From Chrysomallon squamiferum (lineage: Eukaryota > Animalia > Mollusca): 64,000 nt of DNA. The notes beneath the pieces were generated by a model. That model did no database searches. It was given only the letters and a program-made list of their open reading frames with translations, and had not been told where the DNA came from. Location: positions 23,312,001-23,376,000 of the forward strand of contig CM022665.1 in assembly GCA_012295275.1 (NCBI GenBank). The letters run 5' to 3'. Within the stretch, counting starts at the first letter, position 1; every line of letters begins with the position of its first letter. The position numbers and the translations under genes were made by a program. Shown one piece after another: positions 29,051 to 42,269 of the stretch.

Positions 29051-32000
29051 TTATGTATCACTAGGATCCTTTTGTTTCTCAACAGATTTCATTAGTTCGT
29101 CAAATCTGTTTATTTCTTTTAGCGAAACTTGGCCAGATCCTCTTTCTGCAGGCTTTGGCTACAAAAGAAATTGTAAAATTATTTAAGTTCAGCCCATTTT
29201 TATTTTAATGTTCCATTATTCAATTTTTATTTTTATTTTAATGACACATCACCAACAGTTTGTTTATATTTAATTTTAGGAGTTTTATATTATCTGGAGT
29301 GTACAATGTACTTCATTTCACAAAGTTATTACTATTACATTTTTTTTTTATGATACTGTGCTTTGGTGCTTTGTGTAATAATTCACAATTATAGTTAATG
29401 ACTTTGACAACTCTGTGTATTTTAGAACAAAATTAATTAATGACAGTCTTATGAGTATCATATGTATCAACTAAAGAAGAAATACAACTAGCTGATACAA
29501 ATGATCCCTCCAGTGAATGCTGTAAAAATATTTCTACTAATAATATTTAATTCATTGTGAAGCATACAAAATTTACCATTTTTACCAGATTCATTATTAT
29601 TATTATTATTATTATTAAATTTGTCTTAAAATCAGCCTTTTCTTTTCTTTCTAAATAAAATTTAAAATTTCTCTGAAGAATAAAATAACAGGAATACATT
29701 ATTTATAAAATGTTATAAAAAATTTAAAAAAACAGATTGAGAATTTTTTTTTATTTAAAATAATAATAATATATTTTTTTAAATATTAAAAAAAGATGAA
29801 GAAAAATAAGAAAACAAACTAACCTGTGATTTGTCAGGCTTCCAGCCAATAAAATAAATTACTTGAAATGTTGCAGGTACTCCTTTTTCAGAACCATACT
29901 TATCTGTAAAACAAAATAAAAATCTTAGTTAAAACAAACTTTCTTAGTCTACTATTTCGATATTTAAAATAAAATAAAATAAAATAAAAATAAAATAGTA
30001 GCATTGGTTGTTATAGTTGTAGTTGTAGTAGTAGTATTAATAATAATAATAATAAATTATCAGATCAAAAAATGTTAAATGTCATTTTTTTTTCTTCACT
30101 TTTTTCACTTAACAGACTCAGTAATTTTCAAATACTCAAAACATATTTACCTTTATAAATTTTAGAAGCTAGCTTAATTGTTTCTCGATGTAACATTGGT
30201 TTTCTATTCCACGAGCAGTTGTTTTCACCCATACCTGAAAAATAATAAGTCAGCTGCATCAGCACAGGCAACATGTAACATTTAAAATAAGCCAGTTGCT
30301 CTAATTCTACATTTTACAGATATGCAAATTTAATGCCGACTTAAACAGCCTTCAGAATTTTGTGAAATTATTCTGTAAAATTATATAATCATAATTAGTA
30401 AATATTGATAGTTAAATGATGCAATATTCCATCTGGAAGAGGCATGAGACTGCACAGTTCTGCAAGAAGAGCACTCTGATGGCCCTTAGGATCTAATCTC
30501 AGAAATATCATCAGGCAATTTCACTGATTTAGTGCCACTAGGCTAGTGTGTAAAAGGCTGTGGCATGAAATTCACTATGTTTAGCCTCTGTGATATATTG
30601 TGCAAGGAGGTTATATCAAGGTATCGTTCTGGAGTGATGAAAACGTGACATAATACACTGGAGATTCTGTTACAAGCAAGTTTTTTGTGACTGTAAGTGA
30701 ATATAAAGGGTCACTGCTATGAATCAATAAAAGAAAATCCACAAAGTGACAATAGTGGGTTTCTTATCTTGAGTATCACTTTGTAAAAACTGTATATTTG
30801 TCATCCAATAATGATCAGTATTGAAACATCTAACACCTTTGGTGCTGAATGATGGAGATCTCTGCAATGCAGTATGTATACAATAAGGTGCTGAATGACA
30901 GTGATCTCTGTCATACTTTTAAAATTGCCACGCATTTGTGACGTGACTTCCAGTGCTGAGGCAGGCAATTATTGATCTACTAAGGGCTTCCCCGGCATTC
31001 AGAAAATCATGGTGAGTACGAGCAGAAATGTATTTCAATTTTGAAAATCCCCAAAAGCCCAGCACTGAACGTGTTAAGAAACATTCACTCTCTAATTTTG
31101 GAAATATGTTATCATTAGGTTTTTTTCAATTTGATATGTATCTACAACAACATTAATTGTTTGTCAGATAGTTAACTTTAAACTGAACTGTATATATTAG
31201 CAGAACATACTTTAGAAAAATTAATTTCAGTGGTGGTTTACCTTTTAGATCATACATGAGCTCCTTCATGGAGGGATATGTAACTACAAGTTCATCAGTA
31301 TCCTACAAATTAGACAGTGAAGTGTAATTTAAAGCAGATAATATATTTCTGAAAATATCAAAAGAAGATTCATAAAAGAAACAAAATTTCCAACTGTCAA
31401 TGTGATAAAAATCTCTGATGTTTGTTTCTGAGAGAACAGTTATGTACGGGGCACATTACAGTAAATAGAATAATCTACACACAAATACTTAATAATATTA
31501 CTCAAATACTATGACCGTTTGAATGATGTTAGCCTGACATCAAACTAAATTAATCAGAGAAACAAGTTCTGTTCTAGTAAGGGATATCCCCACAATGTAT
31601 GTTTTATTCTAGCAACCACAATGGTCAAGTTGAAGAATATAAAATAGTGTGAATTATACATATTTCTAAACATCTCTTATACATACGATGGTAAGCATTT
31701 TGTATCCCGCTCGATTTAAAAGATCACCAAGGTCCAGAACATCAGTGAAGGGAGAAATATGAGGTGCAAAGCCCTGGAAAAGGAAATGAAAAATAGAAAA
31801 TTAAAGTATTCAGTATCTGAAAAAACACAACAGTAATAACAGTAATAAAAACACTTGAAATATTTGTGTTCCCAAATGTACACCTGATTATTTATACATT
31901 TTACACAAGATTTTAACAAAGAAACTAATTTCAAAATTTTATTTTCCAACAAAATTGCCAAACCTATTCATCCAAAGATATGTGGTGTTTTCTTCTTCTT

Positions 32001-34412
32001 GTTTCTTTGGGGGTGGGGGTTTGGGGCTGTGCCTACTTTTATGTTCTTTTATTTAATCAACACATCACTATGATTAAGAACAATAACGATAATGATTTAA
32101 TCTGGCTACCAACATAAAAGGGACTACCCTTTTGAAACTCAGAAATTAGCATAACACAGCAATAGTAAATTAGTTGCAGAACACTGGGTGAATTGTGAAA
32201 AAGCCCAATGAAAGAACCAACAACTCATGCAAATGAGTTTACCATTTTTGCAGCCTATGCAATTTTCCATAGGTATATAATTGTAATAAATAAATAAATA
32301 AATTCATTTACACTTACTCCTTCCTTTTCCAGTTCTGCTTGTTGCAGCGAAACCCTCAATTCATACAGAGTATCTCCACCGAACATACTACCAATGAAAG
32401 CACCATCATTTTTCAAAGCTCTAAAAACCTATTAAAAAGAAAATAGTGTACAAATCACATATAACAAAGCATTTCAACATAAACTGTACATTCTGATATA
32501 TATATAGTATAATATACGTATAAATAAATAATTAAAAAAAAGAAAGAAAATTGAAATAAAGAATTTAAATAAAAAATGAGCTATTAACCCTAGAAACAAA
32601 TCTTTTACGATTAAATCATTTATAATAAAATAAGTGGATTATAAATATAGATAACTGTACACAGAAGAATAATCAACATGGATACATGGAAGACAGATAC
32701 AGTTTAATATACTGATATAGTAGATTAGCCATACTTTGAAAGTTTCTTCTTCTACCTATCATGCCCTGCACCTTGACAAATGTGCTACAAATATGAATAT
32801 TAATATATTTTAAAACTCACCTGACTAAAGCATCCTGGCAAATCATTCACCCAGTGCAAACTAAATAAAATAAAAACAAAATAAAATTAAAAAAATAAGT
32901 AATAGTAATAACTAAAGTTAGGTATATATATTTTTCTGTAACTGATAAAACTGAAAAACCAAATATTGACATATATCTCATAGCAAATATATTTTTGTCT
33001 TTTTTCTTTTAAATCCTTTTCCAGAACTGAAATATGTTTTTGGAATGACTATAAACTGTTATTTCAATTTTACATACTATTTTAAAAAATATATCCAAAC
33101 AAGTATTTTGTTTCCATATCAAACATTCATACCTCAAACTACTAACAACTAAATCTAAAGAATTATCTCTGAATGGGAAGAATTCTTCATCAGCAATTAC
33201 TTTGTGAGTAGGCACTTCTGGAGAGGATGAACTCTGTAACTGAAAAAAAAAGAAAAAAAGTACTATTTCAAAATCTTATCCTCTGTACATTGAGGTACAT
33301 TTATTTTGGTGTATCTTGCCATTTGATCTGTTAACGTAGATCTAGCAAGCTCACATATAACATAAAATCATTTTCACTTAAGAGGAAAATGACTTGGAAA
33401 ACAATGTTATTACTACTCAAATTTGTTTTTCTTTAACAAAAAAGAACTAAAAAAAAAAAAAAACAGTTTATAACTTTGAATATTTTTTTTTATTATTATG
33501 TTCTTACTGAAATCACACAGTATTATACTGATCATATAAATTTCAGTTTTGTTTTTGTATACTGAAATAATTAATAAACATTTAGAAGTAACTATATATA
33601 TCATGGCATATTAATCAAGGTACATATTGTTAATAATCTGCTCACTAAATTCTGAAATTAAACAAGATCATAAGATTTAGTAATAAATAAAATAAATAAC
33701 AACAACTGAAATTACCATACTAAAAAATCCAGACATTAGTACATGAAATGAAATGTGTAAGCTGTATCAGTAGCCTTGAAACACAGCACCATATTCTCAA
33801 CAACAAAAAATAATAATAGTAATAATATTTATATATATTATGAAGAATTAATGTTATTTTTGTGAAGATTACAATGATAAAAGGAAAATATTCGGGAACA
33901 AATTTTATCACAAAAACATTGTCACGTGAATTTCATAATACATCTGTCATAAATATTTAAATATTTCTATCTCAGGATGTGATTTACATTAACATCTCAT
34001 TCAGTGTTTAAGCTCAGTAGTTATGTAATAAATCTAATAAAAATGTTTTAATTTAATTTAAAAAATCTGCATTTACCAAAACTTTATCTGCCATCTCACA
34101 CTGAAACAATGTTTCAACCATATCACTGTAGATGTTTTTTGACACATGACCACGTCCACATCCTAAATCAACAACCACTCCAAATTTTCTATTTTAAAGA
34201 ATAAATAAAACAAAATTTCAAAAAGGTAAAAAGGAATAAATGTTACTGTAACTTTCAATATAGTATATTAACATAATGCTTTAACAACTGATTAAAAATG
34301 AATGAATGAATTCATGAATGTTTAACAACACACCAGCTCGAAAAATATTTTGTCAAACCAAAGGTCAATATATATAAAAATTCAGAAGTTAATAGGTTTT
34401 GTATCAAACAGC

Positions 34413-34452
<40 letters not shown>

Positions 34453-35999
34453 CTGTCAAACACTGCATTATGTGTAGGATTTGATCTTGGCAGCATACTG
34501 CAGATATAGCTTTACACCAACTGATTTAAAGAAATAAAACCATTTTACCACCTACCAACTACTATCTGTATTTTATAATATACAGTACACACACACACAC
34601 ACACAAGTATGTGTGTGCATGCATGTGTGTGTGTGTGTGTGTCGGTTCTATTCAAATGAGTGACATAAAAAAGGAGTTGAACCTCAGATATAAATTTCAT
34701 AGGACTGACAACCATCCAACTACCTAGCCTGTGCCAAGCCTCCAAGTTGTTTGTTTGTTGTTGGAAGGATGTAGGCTTGAAGATGAACATACTCCATAGT
34801 TGGGGCAAATCATGGGGGATGATGTAATTGATTTCATCTTGGTCTTCCTCTTCCACATGTGATAATCAGTCTTCTCAACATACTTAAATATTGATTCAAC
34901 TTCATTTGGAATACTGTCTGTGATAGCAATAAATGCATCATAAATTTCGTCAAAAATGCAAGTGCAGACTGCTTTCTCAAGCTTAAGGCCACATTGTCAT
35001 TGGTTCTGTAGGCATCGACTAGACAGTTCTTTTGAAAACTTCAGTAAAAAAAAACAGCTTCTGGAAATATCTGTTGAAGAGCATTGATGCCTGCCAATTA
35101 AAAACCTACTATCAAAAAGTAGGGTTTAATTAAAAATTTTAATTATATTTTGTCACTCCAGTAAAATGTAATTCCTATGAAATGTCACTCCTTATATACA
35201 TATAAATATGTATATGTATATATATATATATATAAACTTCTAATTACAAGCAAAGAAAAAAATTAATAAACCAAACATGTTTCATATGATTCTGAATTAG
35301 ATGTATCTATAAATTACCTTTTTATATCACATATTCTGTCAGCAACTCTGTATCCAATCTGAAGTACAAAAATATATTGAAAATGTTTATGCTTTTTTAT
35401 ATAGTTTCTTATTGTGGATATCAAAATAATGCATAAATAAATTTAAAATAAAATTGGTTTTAAAAAATCAATTTTATTTATTTATTGTGAAATCTGGATG
35501 ATAATCTGATGTTGTAATTAATTTTTATTTGTAATTTATCAAAACATTCACTTGATTGTATCTTGTTATGACAATTACTGTTACTGACAGAACCTGGAAC
35601 ATAATGTAGTAGTTAAAATAAAAATGAGTTTTTTATGAGGCTGATGCTTCGTCAGTTCGAGCATCATTTAAATACTAAATAATTATAATACTTTATACTG
35701 TTATTTGTATTAACAGTAATTCATAAATCATTAAATGGGTTGACTGTAGAACGTTGTAAATCATATTCTGTAATAAGTCATACCTCTTCTTTAATGTATT
35801 CATACATAGCTGGATCATCTAGAAAAGCTGTTCTATTTTTTTGCATTTTCTTTGCTTTTCTATCAAATACATTCATAATATTTTCTTTACGGGAACTACT
35901 TGAACTGGCACAGCGGACTAATTTATGTATACATTTTCTACAGTGTACAAGCCTACACCATGTCCGAACATTACAGCCAAATAGTGATGCCCAGAACAT
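29051..35999 (-). CDS. NDUFAF5: NADH dehydrogenase complex I assembly factor 5 (arginine hydroxylase, SAM-dependent fold), ~348 aa. Exons 35999-35784, 35358-35318, 34188-34077, 33239-33133, 32860-32821, 32428-32318, 31773-31687, 31302-31242, 30234-30151, 29903-29824, 29158-29051
   Basis: In-frame GT-AG splicing gives [120 protein letters not shown] - diagnostic NDUFAF5 motifs. Confidence 0.96.
34690..35195 (-). mobile_element. MULE transposase remnant in NDUFAF5 intron 2
   Basis: [17 protein letters not shown] motif. Short TGTCACTCC repeats at ~35152-35190 resemble a terminal region. Confidence 0.5.
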
Positions 36000-36765
36000 T
36001 TTGGTGCTGTCCAGGAGTTAATGTTTACAAATTAGTGATGCTTTTTCGATAACATATACGTATTGACTAAGCTTGGGTGCATTTCTTTCCGCATTAGTTT
36101 ACTACAATACCATGCTATATTATAACAGGAAATAGTGGCTAAATGTGACCTTTTGTTCAAGAGAACGTCTCAAAATTATCTCCCTTACGGACAACGGAAA
36201 ATAAAAGGAAACGTGATCAATTTAATCAATGTGACAAATATTGTAAAATCATTGTTCTTTAGTATATAGTAGTTTCATTCACGTTTAATGATAACTGGTC
36301 TATCTGAAAGGCTAACACACACGCACGCACTCACGCACACACTTGCTGGAAACAAGCATGTATTTTCATGAGAACTAATTTTATTTTTTACATTTGTATT
36401 AAACCATGCCGTAAACATCGTTGAAACAGTTTCCGTTTCGTTTGGTCTCACATATAATTCTTTACAGGACGGAGCTTGGTGAAACGGAAAGTCATTATAG
36501 AGTTTGGAGCGTCGTCAAAGTCTGGCGAAAAGTCGTTCGTTCATTTTTGTGCAGAGGTCTGATGAAGCATTGTTCGTTCTGAGTATAGGAAATAATGGCA
36601 CTATGCAAATTTGGAAAAAATGGCACCCAATTTTTCTGTATAATTGCTTAAAAAACCCTTAAAAGTACTTTTGAAAATACATTTTATTCATATAATACTG
36701 CTACATACATATATATTAATATATGCCATCACTCAACCATTTGGTTTTGCTTAACAAGTATTATA

Positions 36766-37670
36766 TCAGAGTTTAATATCACAATTATCATGAGGTTTCC
36801 AGCAGATATTGGCACCAGCTACTTGAAGGAACTCTTCAACAGTCTTGATGAGATTGTAGCTGGGTGTATACATGATTGACATGCTTGCAAGGAGGCTCAC
36901 CACGAGCAGCATTGTACTGATTTGGGCAGCATCTGCTTTCAGCCAGAAGGATGAGAAAAACCACACAAATGTTCAATTCAATGATTCCATGCCTCTCAGA
37001 GATTGTTAGTATGCTGTTTGCCACCAAGGGTGTCTTGGTGACTATTCCATATCTGTGGTGGGAAGAGCAGACAGATGTGGCGGCACATGATTGAGTCCTG
37101 TCCTTCGACATCTGGAATGTGTTGTTGAATCCGTCTGTAAGTACCAGTACTGTAGGTGGCATTGAAGTATTTGAGAAGAGGTTCCATCCCGTCTGGTTGA
37201 TTATTGCAAAGGAACTCGAGGTCTGCAGGCAGAGATCATCAATAGGAAGTAAAGCCAATGAATCCACCATACCACAGACCAGTTTGATGTCCTCAGAGTC
37301 CTTATACCACTGAGTAAGACCCAGGACCTGCATGTAGACTAGGTAAGATGGTAGAAACACCCTGTTACATGGCCTCCTAGCACAGAAGACACATCTTGCA
37401 CGATGGCCATCTCATAGTCCATGACTACAGAGGTAGGGTCAGATGGTCCATTTAGGAACACTTGTCAACAAAAGCATGTAGCAGGTTATCACAGGTCTCT
37501 TGCAGCTTCCTCTGGAGTAGAGCATAGCATGTCGACAAAGCAGTGTTCCTCTGGGGACAATGTATAGCATACAGCTGCAGAACCCAGGAGGAGCAACAGC
37601 ATGGTTCCCATCCATGAATCAGGTCTTGGCAGTTGATATGTGTTGCAGAGCGTCACTGGCCTGAAATACA
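36766..37670 (-). mobile_element. Degenerate MULE transposase fragment
   Basis: VMDYEMAI, VQVLGLTQWYKDSEDIKLVCGMVDSLALLPIDD, LKYFNATY, FPPQIWN..HTNN, EAWNH in shifting frames. Confidence 0.75.
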
Positions 37671-39860
37671 AATTGTTTATTTTTTTATGATTACATTACT
37701 GATATACAAGTTTTGATGAATTGAAAAATCAGCCCTGTTACAATGTGTATGTATGTATGTATATGTGTCTGTGTGTGTGCGTGTGTGTGTGTGCATGTAT
37801 ATATACATATATTCATACACACACATATATATGCATGTATACACACACACATATATATATACATATACATACATATACATGTACATACATATATAAACTT
37901 AATAATAATAATGTACCGAGTTAAGTTTAGCTGATCCAACTTAACTGATTTCACCAGTTCTGTTTTGTACAAATAGTATGTATGTATTTCCTAACTTTTA
38001 GCTCTTCTCCAATAAAATGTTCTCAATACTGCTACTACTACTACTACTACTACTAATAATAATAATACTAATAATAAAATTATAAAAAGAACAAGAAAAA
38101 AGCCGGTCACCTAGTGCTTTATCAGCTTTCATTAGAATGTTCTTTTGTTTCTAAGATGCTTTTGTTTGTTTTTTCATGATTTTACTGAAATATATACTTC
38201 TATTTATTTAGTGTCACAATCTACATAGCAAATAAAATAAAATATACAGGCATTTTTCTATGAGAGGAATGTGACTGTTTTTTATTAATATAGATGTGAA
38301 TAATTTTCCTTGCTTTTGTGGACATTGACACACAGTTGTCAGAACAGGACAAGAACTCACCTGTCTTAAGCCATGGGCACAGTGGGCTAAAATGCCTAGA
38401 TTTTATCCCCGACAATATTCAAACTTTATTTTGTTGTTATTAACAATGGTACCACCCACAACAAAACAGTCAACAACGTAAGATTATAGTTATATATCAG
38501 ATGGATAGACATGCAAATGAAAATGAGCAAGTTTATCCCATCTATCTGTAGCCCAGGAGCCCCTCAAAATATGTATCCAGTATTGATCACACTGTATAAT
38601 TAAATGTTCAATTCATTTTTAAAATGTATTTATTATTATTTTTATTTTTTGCACATGTTCAGTTAAGATTGGCCAACATTGCTGTACTTGTTTTCTTTCA
38701 TTTTTTCTATTTTAACTTACTGCACAGTAATATGTATATAGGTTATAAAGGTAATTCAGATATATGTATGCACTGTGTCTTTTTAGTACAAGATCACAAT
38801 ATATTACATTTAATTTTTTGTTCAAAATAAAATTAACGCTGCACTTTTTGGATTCTAAAAAACACATAGCACCCAGTTAATAATTTTCAGATATTTACAT
38901 ACTAATATATTTGGCACATACTTTTTTCAGGCAATCTATATGCACTTTAATAAAAAAATCAACAAACAAGTATAATGCAGAAAATTCAATTTATTTCATT
39001 CAAATAATACCAATAATAATTTTAAAAATGACATAATGCAAAATATGTTTCATAAAGTAAATCTCTTATTTTAAAAATATACAAAGGCCTCTGTTATGCA
39101 CATAAATTCATTATCAACTATTCCTTGTCCAAAATTTGTGGGGAGAGAAAATAGCTCAATTGGTTTTGATGTAAAGATAAATAAAAAATTGAATTGATTT
39201 TCTTCAAGAAATTATAACAGAGAAATCACACTGAGACAAAAGTGCAATATGAAAAGAAAAATTCCTGAATTACTATGCTTATCATTATTAAAACAGTTTA
39301 ATAAATAAATAAATGATATATATATATACACACATACACACACACATATATATACATTTTTTTTTTCTTATGTTTCAGAAAGTATATTTTATTACTTAAA
39401 TATCATGTTAACAATTGTACAAGAACGATAGAGAGAGCTCATTTAACTTCAGATTACAAGCGGGCCTAAAAGAAAAAACTTTCAAATGAAAGATATTCAA
39501 TATTGTTGTATTTTTTTAAAAAGAAGAAAATAAAATAATAAAATAATTATTTCTTTACATCATGTTCTTGTTTTATAATTCCAAGCACAAAGACAACACA
39601 GACTGGCAAGGAAGAAAGCACATTAGACAAACACAACAACTTGTGGAGAGGTATACTGACTGTAAACAGCAACAAATGCACTATTGCAACCATAGTTAAC
39701 TATCTTTCCATTTTGCGCAGACAAGGCATATGGATTCCTACCTAACGAAGAAATATATTTGTCCTACATTTTCTTTCAAAAAATAAAATGGAATTGATTA
39801 TTATTTAATCATTTGTGCACATACTAATAACTAATCTGTTTAAAAATTCATCAGTGTACC

Positions 39861-41574
39861 TTGTTGACTATCCATAGTCTGTATGGTTTAAGTGAAAGTA
39901 AATCAAAAATGCAAAATGAATTATTTCTAATTTTTGTGTGGAAATCTAAAAACATGGATACAAATGTGAAACAAACAAATTCAAGTATTATAGATGATGA
40001 ATTTGAAAATCCATCAGATCATAAAACTAGACAATCTCAAGTGGTTGTTCATGATGGATCTGCAAACTGTCCCATATATTGTCATTTACATATTGTGTGC
40101 AGTAAAACTGGAGGTCATATAATCCATACTGATAAAGAATTCAGGGCTATGTATCAGGCTGGTAAAAAAGCTGGTTATGATATTTGTACTAAAAAAATAT
40201 GTAATGTAGCTGGTTATTTAAAATATTTAAATAGGTTACATTTATCTTGGTACTAACAGTGGAGAATTAGGACATTTATGGAACAGTCTACCATCTGATT
40301 CGGATGACCAACCAATTCCTCAAAACCTGGCTGAAGATGAAACAGAAAATGATGAAGAAACAGTTACAACTGTGGATGAGTGGGGACCAGCTGATTTTTG
40401 GCCCATTGGGAAAAACCAGAAGACAAGAAGAAGATCAAGACAACTTCATCAATGATTTCGATGATGATGAACCTATGATAATGGTTTTTCCTACCATGGA
40501 AAGATCAACAATAAGAAGAGGTGAAAACTGTGGACTACCACATGTCAGGAAGATGAACTTGATGCCTAATGATTTCGATGATGACAAAGAACAACCAAAG
40601 AATAAGAAACTCAAGTTTCAAGATAAACACTGTCAAATTACTGACATTATTGAAAAATTGCTTGATATATCTAAAACTCTGACTGAAAAAGAATTAACTC
40701 AATTGGTTATTGATCATCGTGATAAAGCTAATAAAAGTGTAGGCACTGAAGGTAAATTAGGAGGTTTTAAATACATTAAAACCAACACTAATTACCAACA
40801 TATTGTAAAAGAATTAATTCAGTTGATAAAAAACAAACTGAATCAGTAATTGATTATCTGCATAATTTAGATCTTCCAGAGATGGCCCCTAATGGATTGA
40901 AAGTAGCTTCTCCAAAATAATCTCCAACCAATTTTGTATTATGGTGTATCTTGAATGATTTAGATCCAATGGATGTAGTTGGAAAAACATTAGCTATATT
41001 ACAAAAGCTTGATGTTAATAGAAGTTGTATTTATGTTCAAGGACCAACAATTGGAAAATCGTATTGGTTTATTGAACATTTTACATTACTATCTCCAACT
41101 GTAATTGGCAGAGCTGGGAAAGATGAGAGGTTTGCATTTGAGAGATGTGTAAACAAAAATATTATATTAATAGATGAAACTAATATTACTAAGATTACTG
41201 TTGATAGATAAATATCTTTACTAAAAGGAAACAACGTGGAATTAGAAATTAAATGTAAACCTCGGCAAACTTTGTACAAAACACCTATTGTGATGTGTAG
41301 TAGTAGTAATTTGTCTCAGGATTTAAATCCTGCTGATGTGGAAGCTATCGAAAAAAGGATTTGGAAATTTGATTTAAATGTAAACCCAGAAATGTGTAGA
41401 GCTTTCTTAGCTGATGCTAAATTTCCAAATCCAAAGATGTGGGTAGAATTTGCTGATTTTTTCAAAGAGAAAGATATTGATCTTAGAGATGCTGCAGCTA
41501 TGGAATTCATTGATGAATATACATTTGAATATGATGTCACTGGCATCAATCATGATATTCATTATGATCGTTAA
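39861..41574 (+). pseudogene. Endogenous parvovirus/densovirus-like NS1 (HUH endonuclease + SF3 helicase), multiply disrupted
   Basis: HUH motif CHLHIV (40083-40091), Tyr motif GYLKYL (~40215) then YLGTNS after a frameshift, acidic linker, FVLWCILNDL, Walker A QGPTIGKS (41041-41061; one residue short), Walker B IILIDE (41161-41178), motif B' SLLKGNNVELEIKCK, motif C TPIVMCSSSN, Arg finger AIEKRI. Intronless, with frameshifts and in-frame stops (e.g. 41209). Confidence 0.82.
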
Positions 41575-42269
41575 CTGCATCTTCCTAAAGCTGTAAAGTG
41601 AAAGAAAAAGATAATGATGAAGATAAATAAGATATGCGACTGTATAATCAGAGACTTGCACAATATTACTACAAGAAATTTTAGACTACCTAATCTTTTT
41701 GCTAAAGAGTATCATAAGCTTACCACAAATATTGCTTCTAAAGAATTTATTGCACCTTGGATAATTATATTTGAAAAAATTTGTATTTTGTTAATGTATG
41801 TGCTTTGCAGATTTTTCATACTTTTGATTATATTTGGAAACATCTGAAACCTATTTGTTATGCCTTTGTAGTAGATAGATGGATTAATGTTTAGGAAATA
41901 TTTGACGATCACAATTTTTGTCAGCTTCAGTTTGTGCACAAATAAAGCTTTAGAATTTTAATTATATCTTGTTATTTGCAGCATGATTACATGATTGAAT
42001 ATCATTTGATACGAGCTAGCTGTTTTTGTTATGTTCTTTTTGTGCTAGTTTGTTTTTAGCTAGCTTATTTATTTTATTTTATTTGTTATTTTTGAACCTC
42101 ATACATGTATCCATTTGTGATGACACAATGCTAAAGCTTTGGTCTTTTTCTGTAAGATTCTGATACCACCAACACCTATGGAATCAGAAGACACATCACA
42201 CAAAGTGAGCTAGTGGTTATGCAACTTCAGTTTTGTTAATGAAGTCAGCAAGTACTATATACACTTGCT

